Assembly: GCA_965238075.1 (NCBI GenBank)
Contig: OZ250173.1
Coordinates: 160,001 to 224,000, forward strand
Length of the DNA: 64,000 bases
DNA from: Candidatus Entotheonellaceae bacterium
GTDB lineage: Bacteria; Tectomicrobia; Entotheonellia; Entotheonellales; Entotheonellaceae
Direction of reading: 5' to 3'
A program made the position numbers and the translations under genes. Under the pieces are notes generated by a model. It ran no database searches and was not told the DNA's origin. It worked only from the letters and a program-made list of their open reading frames with translations. How positions within the stretch are numbered: position 1 is the stretch's first letter; every line of letters starts with the position of its first letter. This document shows positions 29,744 to 45,155 of this stretch, in pieces.

Positions 29744-31393
29744 ATGTATACCTTGGACGTGTTGAATCCCGTCGCCCAGCAAAGGGGCGTGTTGACCACG
29801 AGGCCAATCAACCCGCGGCCCGCCAGCCTGCACCGCAAAACCGTCGGGCTGCTGTGGAGCGGTACGCATGGCGGCGACGTGGCGCTGAAACGCGTGGGCG
29901 AGCTTATTCAAGAGATGTTCACCGACGTGACCGTCAATTTCTACACTGGCGGCAACTACCCTGCCCCGCCATCGATCGTCCGGCAAGCCGCCGAGGAGTG
30001 TGACGTGGTCGTCGGCGCCACCGCCGATTGAGGAACTTGCGCGTCGTGGATGTGCCACGACATGATCGAGATCGAGAAGATGGGCAAGCCCGCCGTCCCT
30101 ATCGTCTCGGGACGTTTTGAGAAAGACGCCGTCGCCAGCTCCCGAACCTTCGCCATGCCGGATCTGAAATTCGTTACCGTGCCGCGGATCTACCGAAACC
30201 TCGCCCTGAATGAATGCGTCAAGCAAACGGAACTGGCGATTGACAACCTTGTCCACGCCCTCGTGAGCGGTGGGCAGGAGGCCGAGAACGGCGCCGACGT
30301 CCACGATCCCGAGCGGCGCTATTCGTACGACGCCGATGACCGCTACGCCGCGGTGCTGCGCATGAACGAGGATTTCCTGAGCCGCGATTGGGGCGACAGC
30401 CTGCCGCTTTACCCTGCTACCCGCCAGGCGGTTGATGCGCTTCTGCAAGGCACGTGTCTGCCGCCGGATCACCTGGTGTGCGACATGCCGCCCGGCTTCG
30501 GGCTCGCCACGGTGGAGAAGATCGCCATCAATGCGGTCATGGCCGGCGCCCTGCCGGAACACATGCCGGTGGTCATCGCCGCGGTCAAGGCGTTGTCGGA
30601 ACTCGGCCCGCACGGCGGCAAGTCGCTGCTGATGTCCACCTCACCGCACGCCCCGGTGCTGGTGGTGAACGGCCCCATCGCCGAGGAAATCGGCCTCAAT
30701 CCGAGGTCCGGGCTGGGACCGGGGCGCGACAACCGGGTCAACATCACCATTGGCCGCGCCTTCTCCCTGTGTCTGCGCAACATCGGCCAGTGGTATCCCG
30801 GCCACATGGACATGGACACCATCGGCACGACCCGCAAGTTTGTGCATTGCCTGGCCGAGAACGAGGCCATGAGCCCGTGGGAGCCGTTCCACGTCGACCG
30901 GGGTTTTAGGCGGGAAGAAAGCGCCATCAGCATCTTCGTCACCGACGGCGAACTGGACGTGCAGGATCAGGGCAATACCAGCGCCGAGGGGCTGCTCAAG
31001 ACCATCGCCTACGGCTGCACCTTCGGCACCCGCAGCCTCGGGGAGCGGCACGACGCCGAGCGGCTCATTTTCATGCCGCCGGACGTCGCCCGCCCGGTGG
31101 GGGCGCAGGGTTTCAGCAAGCGCGGCGCCAGGGAATTCATCCATCACAACGCCAACGCCAGCCTCGGGAAGATGATCCAGTACATGCCCCTGGAGGGCGA
31201 AGCGCGCGTCGCCGCCAACTGGAAGTGGCTGCTGAACCACAGCGAGCAGGAGCGCCTTGGGATGACCGTCCCGGTGCTCGAAAGCGCCGAGCGTTATTAC
31301 GTTCTGGTCATCGGCGCGGACCGCGCCAAGACGCTGGTGATGCCCAGCAGCCCGAGCCCGGCAACCGTCGGCATCGACGCGTACCGGCCTTGA
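29744..31393 (+). CDS. UGSC-family selenoprotein (Sec at TGA 30029-30031) fused to a large C-terminal domain, 549 aa
   Basis: ORFs 29693-30031 and 30050-31393 share a frame; readthrough gives ATAD-U-GTCASWMCHD..EIEK.GKP; AGGAG RBS before ATG 29744; hairpin right after the UGA. Confidence 0.85.
30043..30061 (+). promoter_or_regulatory. Candidate bacterial SECIS element
   Basis: Perfect 7-bp stem GTCGTGG/CCACGAC with loop ATGTG, starting 11 nt after the in-frame UGA. Confidence 0.65.
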
Positions 31394-31433
31394 GCAGGTT
31401 GAGCACCACAGATGAAGCGCCTGCCATTCCCGG

Positions 31434-31707
31434 TACTAATTCGCTGTGAGAGCCCAGGCGCACCAACTGTAACACGTCCCCGTTGGGCTTCCGGTAGATG
31501 AGGAGCAGATCGGGTCTGATGTGACAGTCCCGATGATCGCCACTCCCCCGTCAAAGGGTGATCGCGGTGCAGCGGCTCGAGCGGCAGGTCGTTGACGAGC
31601 GATACCAGCACCCCGACGAGAATGGTATCCAACGCGGCGCGGTTTCGGCCCCTTCGCACGCGTTTGTAGTCCCGTTTGAACCGCCCGGTGCGCTCAATCC
31701 GGTGCAT
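31434..31707 (-). pseudogene. yafQ: YafQ-family toxin, frameshifted
   Basis: FKRDYKR...RDHPLTGEW, then a shift near 31538 to DHRDCHIRPDLLLIY...LVRLGSHSEL. Confidence 0.8.
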
Positions 31708-31925
31708 TCAGGTCTTCCATCAGCGCATCGACAGTCTCAAAAGACCTTACATTGCCGAGCCGGGCGTCGCGCATGGCAGCGATGGTTTCGTCATTTGGCA
31801 CCAAGGGATCGAACGGGAGGGCTTTTTCAGCCACCACGCGCATCAGCATCATGCGAAAGGCATCGGACACCGTCAATCCAATACTGGCCAGCACAATGGT
31901 GGCTTCCTCTTAGCGCACGGATGGA
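31694..31925 (-). pseudogene. dinJ: DinJ/RelB-family antitoxin with damaged N-terminus
   Basis: EEATIVLASIGLTVSDAFRM...EKALPFDPLVPNDETIAAM...LMEDLNA; RHH beta-strand and normal start are degraded. Confidence 0.75.
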
Positions 31926-31964
31926 TGACTGCCGAAAAACTACCCCATTGCCCCTCTTCTGAAG

Positions 31965-32942
31965 CTACCGAGACATCAGGTACTTCCGGAACCATTCAAG
32001 CGCCGCGGAAGAAGCCGCGTCATAGTGGCGCCGGTAGATGCTGTAGTGCTGGCCGGGATACGTCTTGTATTCGGCCTCGGCGTTTTGACGGATGATGTCA
32101 TAGACGGCGCGGCCGTTGTCCGTGCGGTCGAAGAGTTCTTCCTCGGTAACGTCGATGATCAGGGTCGGGACCCTCACTTCTCCCGCTTGGTCGATCGGGC
32201 GGTGATCCAGCATCTTCGCGAGGTCCGGCGTGCCCTTCAGGTTGGGAATCTGGTCGACACCTTGTGGGATCGGATCGATCTTGCCGCGCGCTTTGTCGAT
32301 GGCGCGCTGACGGGCGAGCCGTTTCGCTTCGGAGCTCCAGCCACCGACGCCTTGATAGCCCACCTGGCTGACGATGGCCGCGACCCGGTCGTCGCGGGCG
32401 CCAACCTGGATGACGTGGCCGCCTGAGTAACTCGTACCCCAGACGCCGATGCGGTCGCGGTCGACGCCGGGCTCGCCGCTCAGGTAATCCAGCGCGCTGG
32501 TGATGTCGCGAATCTGGTCGTGGGGATCCACCACTTCCCGAATGGCGCGGACGCGCACGGTCACCTCGCCGTTGGCGTCGGGCTCCGGTTGCTCGCCGAT
32601 GATGACGAGACGGCTGTGGCTGTCGGCCCAGCCGCGGTAGTCGAATGCCAGTACCACGAAGCCGGCGTCGGCGAATTTCGGCGCATAGGTGCTGTTGAGG
32701 TGGGCGCGCGCGCCGCCCCAGCCATGGGTGAGGAGAATCGCGGGCGCGTCGCTACCCTTGCCGAAGCCGGCGGGTAGCCAGAGGTCACCGGCCATTCTGG
32801 TGCCGTCGCTCCAGATATGGACAGACCGGCGCTCAACACTGTCCGCGGCGGCAAGACCCACCAAGGCGGCAATGACGACAACGACGAACGCGAACGCCAT
32901 GACCGGGCCGCGTCGAACGACCCTACAAGCACGCTTGATCAT
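31965..32942 (-). CDS. Exported alpha/beta hydrolase (S15/CocE-like)
   Basis: Signal peptide, HGWGG, FDYRGW, nucleophile elbow GTSYSGG; GGGAGG RBS. Confidence 0.85.
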   Translation of the reverse strand: MIKRACRVVRRGPVMAFAFVVVVIAALVGLAAADSVERRSVHIWSDGTRMAGDLWLPAGFGKGSDAPAILLTHGWGGARAHLNSTYAPKFADAGFVVLAFDYRGWADSHSRLVIIGEQPEPDANGEVTVRVRAIREVVDPHDQIRDITSALDYLSGEPGVDRDRIGVWGTSYSGGHVIQVGARDDRVAAIVSQVGYQGVGGWSSEAKRLARQRAIDKARGKIDPIPQGVDQIPNLKGTPDLAKMLDHRPIDQAGEVRVPTLIIDVTEEELFDRTDNGRAVYDIIRQNAEAEYKTYPGQHYSIYRRHYDAASSAALEWFRKYLMSR

Positions 32943-33071
32943 GTTTTCCTCCCAACGCTATGTGTGCGCTACGATCTGAGTTCAGCATCATTCTCACCTG
33001 ACTGGAATCGTGACTTTATCGTATGCTGGACGGCAGGCTACAAACCAGATATCGAGAAGGAAAGGTAACCC

Positions 33072-33890
33072 ATGGAATTTGGACTACGAGGCAGGAAGGC
33101 GATTGTGACCGGCGGCAGCCGCGGCATCGGCAAGGCGATTGCGCTGGAACTGGCCCGTGAAGGTGTTGACGTGGCCATCGTGGCGCGCGGCCAAGAGGAA
33201 TTGTCGGCGACAGCCGAGGAACTGGCAGCCGAAACCGGACAGCGCATTGTTCCGATTGTGGCCGACGTGACCAGCCGCGAGCAGGTCGATCGCACGACGG
33301 ATCAGGCCGCCGAGCAGCTTGGCGGCCTGCACATTCTGGTCAATAGCGGTGCCCTGCCCGGCGGCTCACCAACAGCGGTTGGGCACATCGACACGGTGGT
33401 CGACGAAGATCTGCTGCAAGACTTCAACGTCAAATATCTTGGCGCCCTGCGCTGCTGCCGTGCCGCCATTCCGCACATGAAATCCGCGGGATGGGGACGC
33501 ATCATCAACATAAGCGGCACCAACGCCCGCACGGCCGGCAACCTCAGTGGCGGTGCGCGGAATACCTCCATGGTGCACCTGACCCGTACCCTGGCGCTGC
33601 AACTCGGCCGCGACGGCATCACCGTCAACTGTATCCACCCCGGCATTACCCGCACCGAGCGAACCCCCCACCTGCTGGCCGCCCGCGCCAAGGAGTTTGG
33701 CATTACCGCCGCTGAGGTAGAAGCTCGGGATTTCGCCGAGGGCGCTCCTCGCGGCAACGCTATCGGGCGCATGGTTGACGCCTCGGAGATTGCCTATCTA
33801 ACCGTCTTCCTGGCCTCAGACAAAGCATGGGCCGTCACCGGCGAGCTCGTTGTTGCCAACGGCGGCACCGGCGCAGCCGTGTATTACTGA
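33072..33890 (+). CDS. SDR family oxidoreductase
   Basis: TGGSRGIG, ADVT, GRIINISG, VNCIHPG; atypical active site (no YxxxK). Confidence 0.9.
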   Translation: MEFGLRGRKAIVTGGSRGIGKAIALELAREGVDVAIVARGQEELSATAEELAAETGQRIVPIVADVTSREQVDRTTDQAAEQLGGLHILVNSGALPGGSPTAVGHIDTVVDEDLLQDFNVKYLGALRCCRAAIPHMKSAGWGRIINISGTNARTAGNLSGGARNTSMVHLTRTLALQLGRDGITVNCIHPGITRTERTPHLLAARAKEFGITAAEVEARDFAEGAPRGNAIGRMVDASEIAYLTVFLASDKAWAVTGELVVANGGTGAAVYY

Positions 33891-33909
33891 GGCTTGGCCA
33901 CCGGCTCCG

Positions 33910-36027
<2,118 letters not shown>

Positions 36028-36356
36028 AAGCCGGCCTCCATTCGGATACGTTGCGAAAAGCAGAGAGCGCAGCGCGATAACGGGCCGCAATTTTCTGTGT
36101 GCGTCAACCACGGCGGCGCTGGCGAATTCGGCTTTTCAGGTGCCGTTACGCCTTCTGTCTGCTATCAGGGATGGGATGAATCGCGGCGAGAACCAATGAT
36201 GATAAGCGGCATTGTAGCACATTGGCGCGCTGCGGGCGGCCCGCCGCAGGGAAAAACGGTGTGCACCGGTCGGGAGTGGAAGGTATAGTGAATGGCAATA
36301 GTTACAAGACAAAATTGCACAGATTCATCCGACGTTAAGTAGAAAGAGAGACTTCG

Positions 36357-37721
36357 ATGCTACGGAGACTGTTGATCGGCATCAGCACATTGATGATTCT
36401 GATTCTGGGCGTTTTCGGCATGAAGGCGCTGAAGGACATGCGCGAGCCGCCCCAGCGGCAGGTCCTCGCCAACCCCGGTCCGGTTGTGCGGGTGGTCAAC
36501 GTAGAGCCGCGCGAGGTACCGCTTTCCGTGGCCGGATTCGGCACCGTGCGGGCGAAACACGTCTGGAGCGTCGCGCCCGAAGTATCGGGAACGATTGTCG
36601 AGTTGTCACCGCAATTGCGCGCCGGGTTACACGTCAAGCGCGGCGACTTGTTGTTCGAGGTTGATCCCCGCTCTTTCCGGCTGGCCGTGCAGCGTATTCA
36701 GGCCCGCTTGATTCAGCATGAGAAAGAAATCGCCGTCCTGCAGCAGCAGCGGAAGAATCACCTTGAAACCCTGGAACTGGTGCGCCAAAACCTGTCCATC
36801 GCGGAGGAGGACCTGTGGCGCGATGAGGAACTGATGCGCAAGGGCACCATCTCGCCGCGCGAGCGCGACCGCCGCCAGCAGGCGCGGAACGAAGCATTGC
36901 GCGCCGTGCAAAGCACTGAAAACCAGTTGGCGCTGAACGGGCCGCGGATCGAGCAGGCCGAAGCCGCCATCGAGGTGGCGCGCGCCGAATTGGCAGAGGC
37001 CGAGTTGCAACTCAGCAAGACGCGCCTGCTGGCGCCCGCCGACGGTCAACTCGTGCAAACCATGCTCGACCTCGGCGAATTTGTCGCTGCCGGACGCGAG
37101 GTTGCCTCCCTCTACGGCACGGCCGCCGTGGAAATTCCGATTGCCGTACCCATGGACGAGCTCCGCTGGCTGCCGACCCTGTCCCCGGACCACTTCTCAC
37201 TCGCGGCGGATTCCAATCCGGCCCCGAATGATCTCCTGCCGCCGGCCACCATTCACTGGCAAAGCGGCCAGCGCGATTATGTCTGGCACGGCAAGGTGGT
37301 TCGCTGGGAGGCCGGCCTGGATGCCCGGACGCGCACCCTGACCCTGGTGGTGGAAGTCCCCAGGCCCTGGGATTCGTTCCGTCCCGGTGAACACCCCGCC
37401 TTGCAACCCGGCATGTTCTGCCGGGTGGAAATTTCCGCCGGCAGCCAGCCCAATGCCGTTGTCATTCCCCGCACGGCCTTGCACGACGGCAACTCGGTGT
37501 ATCTCGTCACCGACGGACGCCTGGCTCGGCGTCAGGTACAAGTCCTGCGTTTCCTTCGCGACCAGGCTATCCTCAGCGCCGGATTGCAACCTGGCGATCA
37601 ACTCGTGGTTTCTCCCCTCAGCGCCCCGGTCATCGGCATGAAACTTCGCGCCCTGGAAGTAGAGCCTATACCACCTGCCCTTCTGCCCCAGGACACTTTG
37701 GCGCAGCAAGAGGAGCGTTAA
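36357..37721 (+). CDS. RND efflux periplasmic adaptor (MFP) subunit
   Basis: N-terminal TM, VAPEVSG, long coiled coil, APADG, D..TRT, LQPGMF. Confidence 0.9.
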   Translation: MLRRLLIGISTLMILILGVFGMKALKDMREPPQRQVLANPGPVVRVVNVEPREVPLSVAGFGTVRAKHVWSVAPEVSGTIVELSPQLRAGLHVKRGDLLFEVDPRSFRLAVQRIQARLIQHEKEIAVLQQQRKNHLETLELVRQNLSIAEEDLWRDEELMRKGTISPRERDRRQQARNEALRAVQSTENQLALNGPRIEQAEAAIEVARAELAEAELQLSKTRLLAPADGQLVQTMLDLGEFVAAGREVASLYGTAAVEIPIAVPMDELRWLPTLSPDHFSLAADSNPAPNDLLPPATIHWQSGQRDYVWHGKVVRWEAGLDARTRTLTLVVEVPRPWDSFRPGEHPALQPGMFCRVEISAGSQPNAVVIPRTALHDGNSVYLVTDGRLARRQVQVLRFLRDQAILSAGLQPGDQLVVSPLSAPVIGMKLRALEVEPIPPALLPQDTLAQQEER

Positions 37722-40700
37722 GGCATGCGACGCCTTATCGCTGCCGCCGTTCACAATTCGGTGGCGGCCAACCTTTTGATGGTCGTGATCATCGTGGTTG
37801 GCGGCATGAGCGCCTACAACATCAGGCGTGAGACCTTCCCACATATTCCCTTCGATGTTATCCAGGTGCAGACCATCTTTCCGGGCGCCACGCCGGAGGA
37901 AGTCGAAGAAAGTGTTATCGTCAGAATCGAGGAAGCTATCAAGAGCGTGGAGGGTATTCGCGACATCACCTCCCTGGCATACGAAAACTCAGGCGTGGTG
38001 CTCGCCCAGCTCAAGTCGGGGGTCGACAATCGCCGAGCCCTGGAGGATATCCAGAGGGAGGTCGAGAAGATCGACACCTTTCCCGACGACGCCGAACCGC
38101 CGAGATACGAGGAACTCACCATTCCGCGACAGGTCATCAATGTCGCCGTATACGGCCAGCAGTCTGAGCGGACATTGAAGGAAGTCGCCACTCGAGTACG
38201 GGACGATCTTCTGGCTTCCGAGTTCATTTCGCAGGTTCGCCTGGTCGGTACACGCGATTATGAAATCAGCATCGAAGTGTCCGAAGAGAGCCTGCGCCGT
38301 TACGGCCTGACCTTCGAGGAGATTCGCCAAGTGGTGCGGCGCAGCAGCGTCAACCTGCCAGGCGGCAGTATCAAGACACCGGTGCAGGATATCGTGGTTC
38401 GCACCTCTGGCCAACGTTACACTGGCCTGGAATTCGCCCGCGTGCCGCTGCTGACGCGGGCAGACGGCACCGTGGTTACTTTGGGCGAGGTGGCGCAGGT
38501 AAACGACGGCTTCGTCGATGCCTGGCGCATCGGCCGTTTCAACGGCACTCCTAGCGTTCTGGTTGCCGTGTTCAGGACCAGCGAGGAAGACGCTCTGGTC
38601 ATTTCTGACACCGTGCGCCGCTACGTCGCCGAGCAGGCACTGCAACTACCCGAGGGTCTGTCACTGAGCGTGTGGGCGGACGAATCGGCCGTTACCAAAA
38701 GCCGCTTGCAACTGCTCAGCCGAAACGGCTTGCAAGGTCTGGTGTTGGTGCTTCTCAGCCTGTGGCTGTTCATGAATCTACGGTTGGCGTTCTGGGTAGC
38801 GCTCGGTTTGGTGGTGGCTTTGCTGGGAGGCCTCTGGATCCTGATCCTGTACGGCGGCACCCTTAACATGATCACCATGTTCGCCTTCATCATGGCACTC
38901 GGCCTACTGGTCGACGACGCTATAGTGGTCGGCGAGAACATTTACAGCCACTGGCGGCGCGGTAAACCACCGGCACAGGCGGCCATCGACGGCGCCAGCG
39001 AGGTGGCCACGCCGGTCATTGGGGCGGTGGCGACGACTGTTGCAGCGTTCGTGCCGCTGTTCATCATGGAGGGTATTCTGGGCAAGTTCGTCGCCGTGAT
39101 GCCCGTGGCCGTGGTGGCTGCGCTGCTCGGTTCGCTGCTTGAGTGCATGGTGATTCTGCCGCCGCACTTGGCGCACGCCCTGCCGGAGGCCGGGTATCAA
39201 CCCTCCCGGCGGGGCATTCGCCGCCTGGCACAACGCATCCGGAGCGGCATTGATCACGCTCTTGAGTGGTTTATCGAACGGGTCTATGTGCCCCTGCTAA
39301 GGCGCGCCATGGTTTGGCGTCTGGTTGTAGCCGCCTCGGCGGTAGCGATTCTGATGCTCATGTTCGGACTGCTGCTGGGCGGACATCTTAATTTTGAACT
39401 CTTCCCCGACAGGGATACCGATACCATTCTCGCGCGCCTCACCATGCCGCAAGGCACCCCACTAACGCAGACGACAGCGGCCACAGCGCAGCTTGAAGCC
39501 GCTGCGCGCGGACTCGACAGCCATTTTCGGCCTGCTGACGCTACCGCCGGTCGTGTCGTCGAGCAAATCATGACCGTTGTCGGCATCAATTCCGCCTTTG
39601 AACCCGAGGTCGGTAGTCATGTGGGAGAGGTGACGGTCGAACTCCTGGCCGCCGAGCAGCGCGGTATTTCCAGTGCGGTGCTGACTGACAAGTGGCGAGA
39701 GCTGGCCGGCGACGTGCCGGACGCACTCGCTCTTACCTTCATAAGCGAGGAGATCTTTCCCGTCGGCATGCCCATCGAAGTGCGTTTAATGGGGGATGAC
39801 TTCACCGCCATGCGCGAAGCCGCGGCACGTTTGGAGGCCGAATTGGCTACCTATCCTGGCGTCCTGGAAATCGGTAACGATTATCGACCCGGCAAGATGG
39901 AAATCCAGCTTGCCCTGAAGTCCGCTGGCCGGGTGCTGGGCATCACCCTGGCCGACCTCGCCGAGCAGGTCAACCAGGGTTTCTTCGGCGCCGAGGCACT
40001 GCGCCTGCAACGCGGCCGCGACGACGTGAAAGTAGTCATCCGCTACCCGGTCTCGGGGCGGCGCTCGCTGGGAGACCTCGACAACATTCGCATTCGCACC
40101 CCAAACGGCAGCGAAGTGCCCCTCGGAGAGGTGGCCACCGCCACGCTGCGGCGCGGCTTCGCGGTCATCAAGCGAAGTGAACGACAGCGCGCGCTCACCG
40201 TCACCGCCGACGTTGATTCTACCAAGGCCAATGGGGAAAGAATTCTCGCCGTCCTGGAAAAGGACTTCCTGCCCCGCCTACTCGCCGACTACGAAAATAT
40301 GCGGTATTCCTTCGAAGGCCAGCATAAGGAAACGCAGCGCTCGGTGGGCAGCTTGTTCCGGGGCTTCGTCATCGCCATGCTGCTGATCTACACGATCCTT
40401 GCCGTGATTTTCCGCTCCTACGCACAACCCCTGATCGTCATGTCGGTGATTCCCTTTGGCTTCATCGGCGCCGTGATCGGACATATCCTGATGGGGCACG
40501 TACTCTCCCTGATGAGCCTGTTTGGGCTCGTCGCCCTGAGCGGCGTGTTGGTGAACGACTCGCTCGTACTGGTCGATTTCATCAATCGAGCCAGACGTAA
40601 AGGCACCCCGCTGCTCGAAGCCGTGTTGGCAGCCAGCCAGCAACGCTTCCGTGCCATCATCCTGACCAGTGTGACGACGGTCGCCGGTCTGTCCCCCATT

Positions 40701-40877
40701 TTGTTCGAGAAGAGCGCCCAGCCCAATTCCTCATCCCGATGGCGATTTCATTGAGCTTTGGCCTTATGGGTGCCACGCTGCTGGTCCTGGTGCTGGTGCC
40801 CGCCCTCTACCTGCTACTCTACGACGTGCAGAGCATCTGGCGCTGGCTGTGGACCGGCAGCTTTGCAGAGGAATCTT

Positions 40878-42827
<1,950 letters not shown>

Positions 42828-43030
42828 CGCATGTTACGGCTCAAGGGGGAGGTGAAGAAATGGCGTTCCCCGAAGTTGAGAGTGAGGCCAACTCTGCGCA
42901 TCAGGGCCGCAAACAGCCGGTGTGTTATGATGCCCTTATTGGCGATTTGTCTTTTTAGCAAGCCTGACAACGTATGCCAAGGCAAGGCAAGTACGCCGAT
43001 ATCCATCGGATACACATGAAGAGCAGTGCC

Positions 43031-44589
43031 ATGACACCATTTGACCCCAAATCGCCCGCAGGTTGCAATATCGCGGTGATTTGTTTGGTCGTCGCGCTTT
43101 GCCGCAACACTGGTTGGCTGTTCAAGCTCTGGTGATGGCAGCTCGGCCATGGCACCGGAGATGATGCCCCCGGGTGACGGGACGACTCCGGACCAACCCG
43201 ACACGGACGGGCAAATGCCCGCGGAGTGGCTGCCGACCGACCCGCAAGCTGTCACGGCGGCGGCGGACAGGATCAAGGATGCTACTAGCCTCTCAGTCGA
43301 GTTAGAGGATGGGGAGCCCATTACTGGGTATCTCAACCATACCGAAATCAGCGGGGTGCGTTCCGAGTATGCCTCCATGTCGCAATCCTACCGGGACGGC
43401 AGTAGGGCCTTTGTTCTACCGTGGTACAACGAGGAGAGCGAACTTGAAGTTGGCGGCGGGGTATGGCGATCTGCTTCCTCGCACAGCGATCCGTACGTCT
43501 GGTTTGGCCGAGAAGTTGTAACGGACGACAGAGACGTGGAAGCCGTAACGAGGTCACACCGCGCGGTCGAGAACCATGGCCTCGGCTCGGAGTGGCAGGG
43601 ATTCGAGGCCATAACTGAATATGAGGGCGGCGGAAAACTGACGCTTCGTTTGTTCACCGATCTGCAAGAATCCGATAACCCAGGCGACCCGTTCGGGTTC
43701 CTCGGTAATCTCTATCAAGATACGAGTTATCACGACATCGCCTTGACTGATTCCCGGATTGCTGCCATCCCGGCAGACCAAGATGGCATATACGTTGTCG
43801 TTCCGGAAAAGGGTTTGGGCGGTTCTCTGAACGACATGCCAGGAACATTTACATGTGCCACGGGAACCAGTGGGTATTGCGCTCTTCAGGTCTCACGGTA
43901 TCAATTGGCCCCGGGATACATCCCCGACAATCGAGGGAACCCCGTGCTCTTCACGCCTGACGACGGGAAACGCGGCAGTAGAGCTTGCCGGCTCCGGGTC
44001 CGAGCGCGTAGCAGCGACGGACTATCTCAATTTCGGCTACTGGCTGTTCGTTCCGGAAGACGTTACAGTCGCCAGCGACTTTGACTTCGGGGTGTTCGCG
44101 GGTGGTGGCGACCCCTTCCGGGTGAATAATCTCCAGGGGCTTGAGGGGAATGCTGAGTACAAAGGAGAGGCGGCCGGGATGTATGCGGAGGCGACGATGA
44201 TCAGTCCCTTCAACGCGAAGGTTGAATTGACGGCTGACTTCGGCACGGCCGACGACTTCGGTGCGATAGGCGGACGCGTCTATGATTTCAACATAGATGG
44301 GGGTAAAACGTCGCCCCTGACGGAGTTGAGCTTGGGGCCGATACTGGGACGGAACAACAATATCTACCTGTCCTGGAACCACGCCTGGCTGCAAGAGGAA
44401 TGGGAGGCTTGGGCCGGCGGCTGGACTGAAGGCAGGACCTCTGCTGATGGCGGCTGGCAAGGCATATGGGGGGGCCTGTTCTTCGGAAACGGTGATGCCG
44501 CCACCGACCCTCCTACTTCCTTTGCCGGCACGTTCGGCGCCACGGACGGTAACCGCAGCTTCGCCGGTTCTTTTGGGGCTGAGCGATAG
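43031..44589 (+). CDS. Surface lipoprotein with C-terminal TbpB-like beta-barrel, ~518 aa after repairing two single-base frameshifts
   Basis: ATG 43031 signal peptide joins LVGCSS lipobox if one T of 43098-43100 is removed; the 43149 ORF joins the 43855 frame if one A of 43968-43970 is removed; C-terminus DYLNFGYWL...LTADFG...WGGLFFG...GTFGA...GSFGA. Confidence 0.65.
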
Positions 44590-44618
44590 GCACACATTCG
44601 GTTCATTTCAAGCCGAAG

Positions 44619-44652
44619 GCGGGGACAACTCAGGGTTGTCCCCGCTTTTTTT
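44619..44652 (+). terminator. Rho-independent terminator
   Basis: GCGGGGACAAC-tcagg-GTTGTCCCCGC followed by T7. Confidence 0.88.
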
Positions 44653-44764
44653 GATCCCGGCGTTAGAGCATTTCCGTATCTGATTGCGCTCGCCCCCATC
44701 GGCCGGGTTAGCGAGGCTGGCTTTCCCCTGAGGGGGGATTTACTCCCTCTCCCCTGGACGGAGA

Positions 44765-44924
44765 GGGTTGAGGTGAGGGGGAAAATTCAACGTGGGACAC
44801 GACCTCGCAGGCAGAGCGGTTGACGAGGAGGCCCGGCACGACACCCGGACGATGCCGCGCCGGAGTTGGGAAGACGGGGTTATCTCATGGTGATCGGATT
44901 GCTTGGCAACCCCGTGGTAGCCTT
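44765..44924. repeat. Diverged direct repeat, copy A (degenerate copy of the cyclase 3' end and downstream DNA)
   Basis: Aligns collinearly with 45724-45883; on the minus strand encodes ATTGLPSNPITMR* versus GATGSPGNPIAVR*. Confidence 0.8.
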
Positions 44925-44928
44925 GTGG

Positions 44929-44954
44929 ATACGACGGATCCGTGTGTATATAAT
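44929..44954 (+). promoter_or_regulatory. hicAB promoter/operator, probably leaderless
   Basis: TATAAT at 44949-44954, 5 nt before the hicA ATG; no SD; palindrome ACGGATCCGT flanked by ATAC/GTAT just upstream. Confidence 0.55.
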
Positions 44955-44959
44955 TGCGC

Positions 44960-45142
44960 ATGGAACGAAACAGCAGAGCGATCGTCAAACGCCTTCTGGC
45001 TGAAGGCTTCGAACTTGTGAAAGTATCGGGATCGCACCACAAGTTCCGCCGGGGGCCGATCACGGTGATCGTGCCGCACCCGAAGAAGGATCTTCCGGTG
45101 GGAACGGCCCGTGCCATCGCCAAGTTGGCCGACTGGATGTGA
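44960..45142 (+). CDS. hicA: HicA toxin (mRNA interferase)
   Basis: L.AEGF...VSGSHHKF....VIVPHPKKDLPVGT...I. Confidence 0.92.
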   Translation: MERNSRAIVKRLLAEGFELVKVSGSHHKFRRGPITVIVPHPKKDLPVGTARAIAKLADWM

Positions 45143-45155
45143 GGAGCGTCGGACC

